From assembly GCA_030390025.1 (NCBI GenBank), contig CM059432.1, positions 68,636,001 through 68,700,000 of the forward strand: a stretch of DNA of 64,000 nucleotides. The letters are read 5' to 3'. The position numbers and the translations under genes are program-made. This stretch comes from Squalus acanthias. Taxonomy: Eukaryota. The notes beneath the pieces are model-generated. The model was not told where the DNA came from. It did no database searches and saw nothing but the letters and a program-made list of their open reading frames with translations. Positions 1 to 62,490 of this stretch are shown here, in pieces (within the stretch, counting starts at the first letter, position 1; the number at the start of each line of letters is the position of its first letter).

Positions 1-765
1 AGTGTTGGGGTGTATCCATAGGACAATTGAGTACAAGACGAGGCATACTATTTTGTCCTTGTACAAGACCTTAGTCAGGCCGCACTTGGAATACTGTGTC
101 CAGTTTTGGTCTCCTCACATGGTGGGTGATATTGAGGCTTTGGAGAGGATGCAGAGGAGGGCCACTAGACTAATTCCCAGTCTAAAGCATCTTAGTTATC
201 AAGATAGGCTAAAAGAGTTGGGACTCTACATGTTAGAGAAGCATAGACTTAGAGAGGTGATCTGATTGACGTTTATAAGATATTGATGAAGGGAATAGAT
301 TGTGTTCCAGTTAACAGTTCATTTCAATTAAGTAGGTTCGGGAGGACCAGGGGTCACAAATTTAAGTTGTATAAGGCTAGATCTAGGTTAGATGTCAGGT
401 AGTTCTTTTCCAAGAGAATAGTGGACCTTTGGAATAGGCTGCCGTCTCGTGCGGTGGATGCTGATTTGCTGAATTCCTTCAAGCGAGAGCTGGGCCTGTT
501 TCTGGCTGGGGAGGAGATCACCTCTTACAGAAGGTAGGTACTGCAGGGAATTCAAGGCCAGAGTGATCTCCTAGACTAGTTTTGATCGCCTAAATGGGTC
601 GGAGAGAATTTCCCAGATTTTCCCCTATCAAATTGGCCTGGGTTGTTTATGGTTTTTTGCCTCCCCCAGGAGATCACATGGTTTTAGATGGAGTGGCGTG
701 TATACAAGGTGGGACAGACTCGTTGGACCAGAGGGTCTTTACCTGTCCGCCATTGTTCGTATGTA
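1..765 (+). mobile_element. CR1 LINE 3' end (ORF2 C-terminus plus long 3' UTR)
   Basis: LYKTLVRPHLEYCVQFWSP motif; same family as the minus-strand copy at about 11820-13100. Confidence 0.9.
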
Positions 766-889
766 TTTCTGTATCCAACCAAGATTGTAGCAATGAACTC
801 TCCTCTTCGCTGGCTGAAAGTGTTTTAAGCAAATCAGTTTGGGCTGTCCCCTAGTGGACATGGGCTCAAAACACCAAACTATTCCAGAA

Positions 890-1455
890 GGTTATGCCCC
901 CTTGTTCAGAACTCCCCCACCAGAGGAATAGTTTCTCTCTATCTACCTATTAAATCCTTTAATCATCTTAAACACCTCAATTATATCACACATTAATCTT
1001 CTATACTTGAGGGAATACAAGCCTACTCTATGTAACCTGTCCTCATCGTTTAACCCTTTTAGCCGCAGTAGCATTCTGGTGAATCTGCAATACACCCCCC
1101 CTTCAAGGCCACTATATCCTTCCTGAGGTGCGGTGCCCAGGACTGGACACAATACTCCAGATACGGTCTAACCAACATCATTTCCACCCCTTTCTATTCC
1201 AGCCCCCTTGAGATGAAGACTAACATTCCATGAGCCTTTTAAATTGCTTTTTGTACCTGTCCACTAGTTTTCAGTGATTTCTGGACAGAGACCCCGAACT
1301 CTCTCTGCTCCACAGTTCCTGGTTTCTCACCAGTCAGACAATACTCTGATCGATCTTTCTTGGGCCCAAAGTGGATGACATCACACTTCCCCATGTTGAA
1401 CTTCATCTGCCACAGTTTTGCCCACTCACTTAATCCATCAATGTCTCTTGCAACC
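890..1455 (-). mobile_element. Degenerate CR1 LINE ORF2 fragment
   Basis: RFTRM...RL..VGLYSL..RRL..DIIEVFK motif with frameshifts. Confidence 0.8.
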
Positions 1456-2094
1456 TAAATGTTATTCCTGCCTTGTAACTATAATGCATTTATTTGAATT
1501 GGAGTGATCACTGAATACTAATAGAAGTCACAAAATACAAAACTGATCTTTTTAAGCACTAATTTAATGATTATAGAACAGTAATGATTAGGACATGTCA
1601 AACATGGGCCAATTATTTGTAATATTACTACTGACTGTTGTGGAAAATCTTTCCATTAATGTTTCCTAGTGACTACACTTCAAAAATACTTCATTGACTG
1701 TAAAGCACTTTGGGACATCCTGAGGTCATGAAAGGCACTGTGTAAATGCAAATCTTTATTTTTCCTCCTTTCAATAACCATTGGTCTCACTCACCTTAAT
1801 GGGGTGGGGGTGGATGCGAGAGAAAGAAGAGATTAAAACATCAATATCTATTTTTAATTTATCCCATTACTTTAAAAAAAACACAATTCCATAACTGCCT
1901 CACTCCAGTTTAGAAATCAGGAGCTCACAAACTAATGCGACAGTAGAAAGTTTTCTAACTTTATCAGAGGACCTTAGTCAATAAAGAATACAGTGCAACA
2001 CTATTTACAATGGTGATGAAATACTCAGTTAGGTTCTCCAAATGTTCCTTATTGGTGAGGAGTTCATCACAAATTGAAATTATGCGGATTCCGA

Positions 2095-3016
2095 TTTATT
2101 TCAATAGCGCTATTCCAAAATTAGGTGACAGAAACCAAACAATTTAGTCAGGTATGTTCTGCATCACATTGGGGATGATCTTAAGTTATCATGCTCTATC
2201 AGGGAAAGCACTTCTGCTTTCTGGACTAACATTCCTAATATGCATCCAAAGTAAGTGTCATTTACAGATTTGAGACAGTATGTGTAGTTCCATGGCTAGT
2301 GATGTGGGCTGCCCCAACTCATTAATCATGTAATGCTACCTCAGCAGGGCGGAACTCTGCTCTGACACAACTGTGTGCAAAGGGATTTGCTTTAGCCAAT
2401 CATGTCTGATTGTGTCTCAGATACCATCAAGGTAGATTGGAAGGGGGCAGATTATGGAATGTTTTAATATGTTACTGAAAGATGGTAGTTTGGTTTATAT
2501 AAAGATGGCGCTTTTTGTCTGTTCAGTGCTTTAGCAGCATGCTTAATTAAATTGTTTTCTCTCCATAACGCAAGGTTCTAAGCAGTAACAAAGGCCACTT
2601 CCTCATCTTCTATTCATTTTACAAAACAAAATGTAAAAAAATTCTCTCCCTATCTGCATGCAGTTCTTTTCTGCCCGATTTAAAAACGCATTACAAAATG
2701 GGGATAAGTGAGTGATCAAAAATTGAAACTGTCATGAGGGAAGGCACCTAAAGCAACATTCATGGACAAGCATGAGGATAAAATAGATCCAAATCAAAAC
2801 TGACTGGTGACATGAAAGAGCACAACAGGTTGAAGAGCTTAGCATATTGGGGTCTTCACTTATGAACAAGTTTATATTATTGCTCAGACACATTTAGCAG
2901 AAATGCTATAAATCAAGGTGATAACTTATTTGCAGTCCCCAAAAAGAGTAAATGTTTGAGCTTTCAAAACAAACCAAGAAACAGAGAAAGCATTGAGGGA
3001 GTTTTAAAACTTTAAT
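2095..3016 (-). promoter_or_regulatory. Candidate polyadenylation signals of the TCEA1 3' UTR (ATTAAA at 3016-3011; AATAAA at 2100-2095)
   Basis: Hexamers in AT-rich, apparently non-repetitive sequence downstream of the stop; which is used cannot be determined. Confidence 0.35.
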
Positions 3017-3291
3017 GTCAAACTACATATAAAAAGAAATTTTTCATACATTTAGATGCTGCCTGGTTGTACAAGCGAAAGTTTTTTGTTTCCATGAACT
3101 ATTCTGCAGGGAAAACACAGTAGAATATCGTTAAGGAAACTAGATTTATACAAAAAAAATCTGCCACAGGGATGTATTGCTCTACAAATATCCTTGTTGA
3201 ATTTTTAACTTCTCATTTACACAACTAATTAGAAATTGAAGTTCATCAACCTCTGGTCCAATGGATTCTCTTCTGGAGTTTCTTCAGGATT

Positions 3292-53624
<50,333 letters not shown>

Positions 53625-54369
53625 CTACAAAACAAATGAAGACACATTACTTACCAAATAATTAGTTTTCCAATGCGTTAAACATAAAATAACTCAAAGG
53701 TTGACATCAAGTTTTACTGTAAATGCTCCTTGCCTCTTACAAAAGAATGAGAAATCCAGAAATTAAAGCGAACACTGCAAAACAAATTGGATACCGAGAG
53801 GAGACAAATATTCAGTTTTCTAGAAACTGAATAATGTGAATTGCATCTTTAGTGACCCACATGATGATGTTTTAAAGAAAAAAAGCAACTTCTAGCAACT
53901 CCATGGTTGGTCTCCTGCAGATATCCATACTCCAATTTACAGTGGTTTACTTCAGTTCATATCCCAGTTTTCAAATCCTGCTATCTGTGGGCGTTGAACA
54001 TGTATGTAGAGTACAATCAGATTTATCCTAAACAGCTGAGGAAATACAGCTGTTCAGCAAATTAGAAATTTGAATAACCAATCGCAAATGTCATACTACA
54101 GTACTTTAAATCAGCATAAAAAGTCACAATACAAGTTCTGAAAAGTTACTTCATTTTAACATATATGAAAAGACGGTATGCTGGAAGATTGGGAAGTTCA
54201 GTTCGAGCACAGGTGTTTGGATAAACTGTGCCCCAATGCATTGTTTAAAAAGAAAAACTGCGGATTCATGTTTTCTGTTTAAAACATCAATCCGTTGTAC
54301 ACAGCCAGCATTTTCTGTTTGCCCAACATATTTTCTTCAGTAAGGACCATAAAAAATCAGATTCCCAAC

Positions 54370-54990
54370 GAATACAAAAGCAAAATACTGCAGATGCTGG
54401 AAATATGAAATTAAAACAGAAAATGCTGGAATTACTCAGCAGGTCAGGCAGCATCTGTGGAGAGAGAAACAAAGCTAACGTTTCAGGTCAATGACCTTTC
54501 GTCAGAATTGGAAAAAGTTAGAGAAGTAACAGATTTTAAGCAAGTACAGAGGCAGGGAAAGGGGGGGCAGGGGGAGGGGAGGAAATGACAAAACAGAAGG
54601 TTTGTGATTGGGTGGAAGGCAGGGAAGATTAAATGACAAAAGGGATGATGGTGCGAGGCAAAAAGAGATGGTAATGGGACAAGTAAAGAACAAAACATGG
54701 GTCTAGAGGAGGTGTAAATGGGAATAGCAGAATCATCACCAACAACTGCTGTCCGAAAAAATGGGGCAGAGGTTATGATCTGAAATTGTTGAACTCCATG
54801 TTGAGTGTGGAAGGCTGTAAAGTGCCTAATCGAAAGATGAGGCGCTGTTCCTCGAGTTTACATTGAGCTTCGTTGGAACAGTGTAGGAGGCCGAGGACGG
54901 CGAGATCAGAGTGGGAGCGGGGCAGAGAATTAAAATGACAGGAGACCGGAAGCTCGGGATTCACTCTTGTGGACTGAACGGAGGTGTTCC
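54370..54990 (-). mobile_element. Penelope-like element 3' remnant (second family): GIY-YIG C-terminus plus terminal repeat
   Basis: LPVSCHFNS..H.DL.VLGL......KLEEQRLIFRLGTLQP..LN.EF motif (54773-54964). Confidence 0.82.
54473..54509 (-). ncRNA. Minimal hammerhead ribozyme motif with a degenerate stem I
   Basis: AATT-CTGACGA-A-AGGTC(att)GACCT-GAAA-CG-TT-AGCT; palindromic ACGU stem III. Confidence 0.65.
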
Positions 54991-55149
54991 AGAGTGGTCA
55001 CCCAAAAAGGCTCTTCTTGTGTATTTTTGCACACCTTTACCAAGAGCAGTCACAGACTACAAGAATTACATCTGCTTATTTGCAACTTATATCCCTCATT
55101 TTATATCTTAAAAGGAGCAATCAGGCCGATTTCCACTTACAGCCGACAA

Positions 55150-56470
55150 ACGTGCATTTATATAGCGCATTTAACGTAGAGAAACATCCCAAGGCACTTC
55201 ATATAAGCGTAATTAGACAAAGATTGACACCAAGCCAAAGGAGATATTAGGAGGTGAAAGGAGGTAGGTTTTAAGGAGTGTTTTTAGGAAGAGAAAGGTG
55301 GAGAGGAAGAGAGGAATTCCAGAGCTTAGGATCTAGACAGCTGAAGGCACAGCTGCCAATGGTGTGGTGAAGCGAGTGGGTGATGGGCAAGAGGCAGAGT
55401 TGGAGGAACAGTGTTTCTTGGAGGGCTGTAGGGCTCATGGAGGTTACATAGATAGGGCGGGTGAGGCCATGAAGGTATCTGAACATGAGGATGAAAATTT
55501 TAAATTGAAGGTGTTGGGGGACTGGGTGGAGGATTGGAAGCCAGGCGGAAGAGCATTGGAATAGATGAGGGTTTTGGCAGCAAATGGAATGAGGCAGGGC
55601 TGGAAATAGGCATTTTTTGTGATGAAAACCATATGGGGTCTGAAACTCAGCTGGGGTCACATAGGACACCAAAGTTCCAAACAATCTGTTCAGCCGGAGA
55701 CTGACTGGGAAGGAGGGGTTGGAATTGGCAGCAAGGGTACAGAGTTTGTGGAGGGAGCTGAAAATGATGACTTCGGTCTTCTCAATAACTGGATGTCGGA
55801 CAAGCAGGCTCACAACAACACAGAGGCAGTGGAGGGGTATAGCTGGGTGTTGTCAGTATACATGTGGAGCCTGATGCCATGTCTTCGAATGATGTCGCCA
55901 ATGGGCAGCACACAGATAAGGAATAGGAGGGGGCCAAGAATAGATCCTCGGGTAACTTCAGAGGTAACGGTGTGGAGGCGGGAAGAGAAGCCTTTGCAGG
56001 AGATCCTCTGGCTACCATGGACAAGTAAGAGTAGAACCAAGTCCGACTCAGCTGGAAAACTGAGGAGGATGATGTGGTCGGCCGTGCTAAAGCTGCAGAA
56101 AGGATGAGGAGGAATAGTAGACCATCATCACAATCACACAGGATGCCATTTGTGACTTTGATTAGGGCCATTTCAGTGCAGTGGCAGGGGTGGAAACCTG
56201 ATTGAAGAGACTTAAATATGGAGTGGCAGTAAAGATTTGGGAGGCTACAACAAGTTCAAAGACTTTGCAGAAGAAACAAAATTGGAGATGTGTCAGTAAT
56301 TTGTTACAACAGAGGGGTTAAGGGTCAGTTTTTTGAGGGAAGGGGCAATAACGGTTGTTTTGAAAGGAAGGGAAACAGTGCCTGGGGAGAGGGAACCATT
56401 TACAATGTTAGCTAGCATTGAAGGCCAGGAAGGGAAGCTGGGTGCAATTTAGTGGGAATGGGGTCGAGAG
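55150..56470 (-). mobile_element. Degenerate L2-clade LINE
   Basis: ALIKVTN, GSILGPLLF and HMYTDNTQLY motifs; L2-type tail. Confidence 0.85.
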
Positions 56471-57594
56471 AATAATTAAGAAACTAGATACCCAATTTAA
56501 GAGTTAAAATATCAATAAATTATTTTTAATCTTAAATAAATATTTTAACTATGTTAAAACTTAGTAACCGTAAAAACCGTTCTGTCAACTTATGTCTGAA
56601 TGTAGACTGTTTATTTCTCAAAGGGACTATCCGATACAAGCGTTTCCTGTCTTGGTAGATGTATTATTGTATTACCAAAAGAGAAAATAAAGTGACCTTT
56701 CCGCTAATTACAGAAGTGATTGAGTCTCAGAAAGGCAACGCTGTGTTTCACATCGTCCCTCTCAGCCTCACAAACAGAAAATATGCATCAGTTTATACAG
56801 AATCAGTGTTCTGCCATCTTCTGTTCAAGTTTAGAACTAAACTAAAAATCAAAGACTATCTACTAGGTAGACTTGGGTTGCAACTAACCAAAATTCAGAA
56901 TCAACATTGATTTATTTTTAAAAGTAGTCCAAGTACGCGCCTTCCAGATCAACACTGACATAGTACCACCTGCTATGAGTGTTACTGCTGCAAATCTCTA
57001 TTTGCAGTAACGTACCGCAATTAAAATTAACTGTTTCTTTAATTTAAAGTGGTCACTTTTAACGGGTCAAAATCCGTAAAGTCTGATTACATTGAAATGT
57101 GGAAATTGCCCTTCCAATAACTTTAATCATTGTTAACATGATCGTTCCACTAATTACATTTATTTGCAGTGATCTATCACGAACATGATAAAGTACATAA
57201 AAATTTACCCACACACTTTGCAGAACAATCTTACAACATTTATACAATTTAATTGTCATTGCAAAAATATCAACGAATTCTAATATTTAAAATTATGTAT
57301 TTGCTGTACACTGCTTTTCAGTTGTTAAAAATCAGTGTCAACTGGTTTAAAGGAATTGGACGGAATGGGTGAAATGTTCCATTAAAGGCCCGATCCCTAA
57401 ATAATAATTTACATAATTAAGGAACTGTAATCTTAAATAAAATTGGGTTCAGAGAACATTTCACGATGTTTTAATGAGAACAAAAATGCTTTATTCATTT
57501 TAACAATTCGGAATCCAGTTTTAAATCATGTGGAAAGTTAGCATTTACCATTCAATATAACTTGCTCTACAATCACACCACCAGTGATACGCTG

Positions 57595-59912
57595 GGGGCT
57601 AAATTCGACAGCCCCCAAAAACGGGCGCGGGGATGTGCAATTAATCCACGCCCGTTGCGTTCGATGCAGGCAGCACGCAAACTTCGTGCTGCCTGCTAAT
57701 TTGAATGATTGCAGCATTGACGCAGCGCTAAATGCGCTATTGAGTTGCTAAACACCTCAACAGGGAGCCCCAAGTTCGTCGGAGGTTAACACCACTTAAA
57801 GCTAGCCTGCACTACTTAAAGCCAGCATGCATCTCTTAAAGGGGAGGCGCATTCTGGCTGGAGCAGGTGCTGCAAGTGGCTGGGGAAGAGTCTGACCTGC
57901 AGGAACAGTGACTAATGACACAACAGGAGAGAGAGCGTGCTCCAAGGTTCATAGACACTGCACTGGAGGCCTTGGTGGAGTAGGTGGACAGGAGAAAAGG
58001 TCCTGCATCCACAGTGGGTAGGAGGCCCTCCAGACAAACTCGACGAAGGCAGAGGGAGCAGGTAGCCATGGCAGTCAATGCCAGAAGTCAAGCACCGAGA
58101 ACCTGGATGCAGTGCCGCAAAAAGTTCAATGACCTCACACGAAAGGTCATGGTCAGTGAATTCATCGTCAGATGCCATATCCCACCAACTGCACCATTGG
58201 CCTCACACACTACTCAATGCACCGCATCCCCATCACCCACCTACCAACAACCTCTACAAAACAGGACTCAGACCTTACATTCATAGCTTCATCTCACCCT
58301 CACACACTTAGCACTGCTAGAAGGCTCACACCCACATTTCACAGCTTGCACACACTGCCAGCTATTCAACCATGGCAGCCACATCACCCAAACACATCGT
58401 ACCACACTCACTGAAACACTTCCCTCTCTCTCTATTGCAGGGCAAGTTGGCGCATAACTGGAGGCAGCAGGAGCTAACCGGCAGGAGACAGGCACGCCTG
58501 CATGACCTTACCCCGATGGAGGAGACAGTGGTCGCCATCATTGGAGCGGTCAACGCTGAGCCCATGGCCAGTGGCAGGGCTGAATCAATTGAAGATGACG
58601 GTATCCTCATCTCTAATCCTCCTTCGCACATCCCACTTCCCCCTCATCCCACAATGTCTTTTGATTTAAAAGATGCAGATGGTGTAAGGATGCACCGCTT
58701 ACTCTCCCCCCCCCCCCCCCCCAGCACCGTCAGTCGCAGCCACCAGCTCAGATACTGACACTCCGTGTACTTTAGAGGATAGCTTAGATGTGGGATCTGC
58801 ACTTGGTCAGACTCCGGGCACGAGTGCGCTACAGGCAGGGCAGGGGGCAAGGGTAGCATAGGTGCCAGCTCGCCGGAGGGCGAGGTCGCACATGAGTTCT
58901 GTTGCAGAGAACTCAGATGAGCACTTCGATGGGGCAGGCTACAGAGGGCTGATGGGTATGCACAATGAACTGCTTGGTGCATTGGCACGCTTGCCAGAAA
59001 GCCTGCGTGCAATGTCAAAGAGCATGGAGGAGTCCGGTACATGGCTTTGTGCAGAGCTTGGAGCCCATGCTTTCCAGCATGGAAGTGATGGCCAACTCCA
59101 TTAGCACACTTGCGGACCCAACCAGGATGCAGTGTCTGAAGGCCGTTGTCTCAGCTTCCATTGCAGCACAAGCAGAAGCCACCCAAAGTCTGAGTGCTGC
59201 AATAGAAGCTCAGACTTCTGTCATGCAAACTCAGCTTGCTGCCACGAAAGCTCAGCTTGCTGCCATCGTGGCTGCGCTTACCAGTGTTCAAAGGGGCTTG
59301 CAGGGTGTCACAGCAGTCCAGCAATCTGTCCTCCAACAGATTACTAGGATTGCAGAGGTGCCACCCCAGGGGAGTGGCAGTGGTTCTGTGGAGCACGAAC
59401 CTGCTGACCTCTCTCAGGATGGCAGCATTCATCCTCCCACCCTGCCAGTGCCCTTGCTGTTGTCTGTCAGCCAGCCCAGACTGCTGCCACCCTTGTTGAC
59501 ATGGTGCAGTCCGAAGCCAGGCCTTCTAGGGCCAGAGCTGCTCGAGGTCGTCCTCCAAGGCTATCTGCAGTCTCCTCCACTGAATGTCAGCAGCATTCTA
59601 CCAGCCATGCTGCAGTCACTGGGGTGGCACTACATAGGAGCACTTGGAAAGGCAAAGGCACATGGAAGACAGGCACTAAAGGAATGCACACGGGTGAATA
59701 GTTTACGTTTGTATGCAATATGGCATGATTTAATTTATAAATTTGGTTTGGAATGTTTATTTTGTGTTGGCTTTTATTTTTGCATTGTGGTCAAGCAGAC
59801 ATTGTGATGGAGAGTGACAGAGGGAAGGTAAGGTGTGGGAGTGTTGGTCAATGTGGAATTGGGGTTGCGCTTACTGGTATCGCAGCTGGATGAGTCGGTC
59901 ACAGACAGCGAT
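57595..59912 (+). mobile_element. Harbinger transposon part: intron-containing Myb/SANT-like gene remnant (exons about 57915-58151, 58441-58600 and about 58750-59700) and the extreme 3' end of the convergent transposase
   Basis: RERAPRF.D.ALEALVE*V...RTWMQCRKKFNDL (trihelix/Myb-like, with an in-frame stop); intron GTCAGT...TTGCAG (58152-58440); minus-strand AVCDRLIQLRYQ* at about 59870-59910; terminus GGGGCTAAATT. Confidence 0.82.
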
Positions 59913-62490
59913 GCATAAGAACATAAGAAATAGGAGCAGGAGTCGGCCATTCAGCCCCTTGAGCCTGCTCCGCCATTCAATAAGATCATGGCTGATTTTC
60001 TACTTCAACTCCACTTTCCTGCACTATCCCCATATCCTTTGATTCCCTTAATATCCAAAAATCTATCAATCTCTGTCTTGAATATACTCAACGACTGAGC
60101 CTCCACAGCCCTCTGGGGTAGAGAATTCCAAAGATTCACAACCCTCTAAGTGAAGAAATTTCTCATCTCAGTCCTAAATGGCCGACCCCTTATTCTGAGA
60201 CTGTGACCCCTGGTTCTAGACTCCGCAGCCAGGGGAAACATCCTCCCTGCATCTACCCTGTCAAGCCGTGTAAGAATTTTGTATGTTTCAATGAGATCAC
60301 CTCTCATTCTTCTAAACTCCAGAGAATATAGGCCTAGTCTATTCAATCTCTCCTCATAGGACAATCCCCCCATCCCAGGAATCAGTCTGGTGAACCTTTG
60401 TTGCACTCCCTCTACGGCAAGTATATCCTTCCTTAGGTAAGGAGACCAAAACTGTACCTAATACTCCAGGTGTGGTCTCACCAGGGCCCTATATAATTGA
60501 AGTAAGACATCTTTACTCTTATACTCAAGTGCTCTGGTAATAAAGGCCAACGTACCATTTGCTTTCTTAATTGCTTGCTGTACCTGCATGTTAGCTTTCA
60601 GTGATTTGTGTACAAGGACACCCAGGTCCCTCTGAACACCAACATTTCCCAATCTCTCACCATTTAAAAAATACTCTGCTTTTCTATTTTTCCTACAAAA
60701 GTGGATAACTTCACATTTCTCCACTTTATATTCCATTTGCCATGTTCTTGCCCACTCACTTAGCCTGTTTATTTCCCCTTGAAGCCTCTTTGCATCCTCC
60801 TCACAACTTACATTCCCACCTAGCTTTGTATCGTCAGCAAACTTGGATATATTACATTTGGTCCCCTCATCCAAATCATTGATTATAGATTGTGAATAGC
60901 TGAGGCCCAAATACTGATCCTTGCGGTACCCCAATAGTTACAACCTGCCAACCCAAAAATGGCCCGTTTATTCCTACTCTCTGTTTTCTGTCCGTTAACC
61001 ATTTCCTCAATCCATGCTAGTATATTAACCCCAATCCCATGAGCCCTAATTTTGTTTAATAACCTCTTGTGTGGCACCTTATCGAATGCCTTCTGAAAAT
61101 CCAAATACACCACATCCACTGGTTCCCCCTTATCTATTCTGCTAGTTACAACCTCAAAAAACTAACAGATTCATCAAACATGATTTCCCTTTCATAAATC
61201 CGTGTCCAATCCTATTATTATTTTCTAAGTGCCCTGTTACCACGTCCTTAATAATAGATTCTAGCATTTCCCTACTACTGAAGTCAGGCAAACTGGTCTG
61301 TAATTCCCCGTTTTCTCTCTCCCTCCTTTCTTAAATAGTGGGGTTACATTTGCTACCTTCTAATCCACGGGAACCGTTCTGGAATCAATGGAATTTTGGA
61401 AGATGACAACCAATGCATCCACTATCTCTATAGTCAACTCTTTCAAAACCCTAGGATATAGGCCATCAGGTCCAGGGGATTTACTGGCTTTCAGTCCCAT
61501 TAATTTCTCCAGTACTATTTTTTTACTAATACTAATTTCTTTCAGTTCCTCATTCTTGCTAGACCCTTGGTTATCTACTATTTCTGGGATGTTTTTTGCA
61601 TCTTCTTCCGTGAAGACAGACACAAAGTATTTGTTTAATTTCTCTGCCATTTCCTTATTCCCCATTACAATTTCTCCTGTCCCAGCCTGCAAGGGACCCA
61701 AAGATTTTGCTAATCATTTCCTTTTTACATACCTATAGAAGCTTTTACAGTCTGTTTTTATGTCTCTCGCTAGTTTACTCTCGTATTCTATTTTCCCTTT
61801 CTTTATCAATTTCTTGGTCCTCCTTTGCTGAATTCTAAAATCCTCCCAATCCTCAGGCTTACTGCTCTTTTTGGCATCATTACAAGCCTCTTCCTTTGAT
61901 CTAAAACTATCTTTAACTTCTCGTAAGCCACGGTTGGATCATTTTTCCTGTGAGGTTTCTGTGCCTTAAAGGAATGTATATTTGGTGTAAATTATATATT
62001 AATTCTTTAAATGCTAGCCATTGCTTGTCTACCATCATACAATTTAATGTAGTTTCCCAAACTACCTTAGCCAACTCGCCCCTCATACCTATGTAGTTTG
62101 CTTTTAGATTTAAGACCTTAGTTTCAGATTTAACTAAATCACTTTCAAATATATTTTAATATAAAATTCTATCATATTATGGTCACTCTTCCCTAAAGGC
62201 CCCTTTACTACAAGGTTATTAATTAACCCTTTCTCATTGCATAATACTAGATCTAAAATAGCCTGTTCCCTAGTTGGTTCCTCAAGATACTGATCTAGAA
62301 AACTATCTTGTATACATTCCATGAATTTGTCCATGAATTTGTCCTCCACACTATTACTGCAAATTTGGTTTGCCCAGTCTATACGTAGATTAAAGTTCCC
62401 CATGGTTACTGTATTACCCTTGTTACATGCGCCTCTAATTTTCTAATTTATACTTTGCCCTACATTACAACTACTGTTTGGGGGCCTATA
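59913..62490 (-). mobile_element. CR1 LINE ORF2 remnant
   Basis: APE (GNFN, SDHN) and RT motifs over several frameshifted ORFs; 3' tail at 59913. Confidence 0.93.

Noticed and set aside
58965..59807. 280-aa ORF as a novel host gene
   Set aside because: It lies inside the Harbinger element downstream of Myb-like exons that contain a stop; best read as the decayed last exon of the transposon accessory gene
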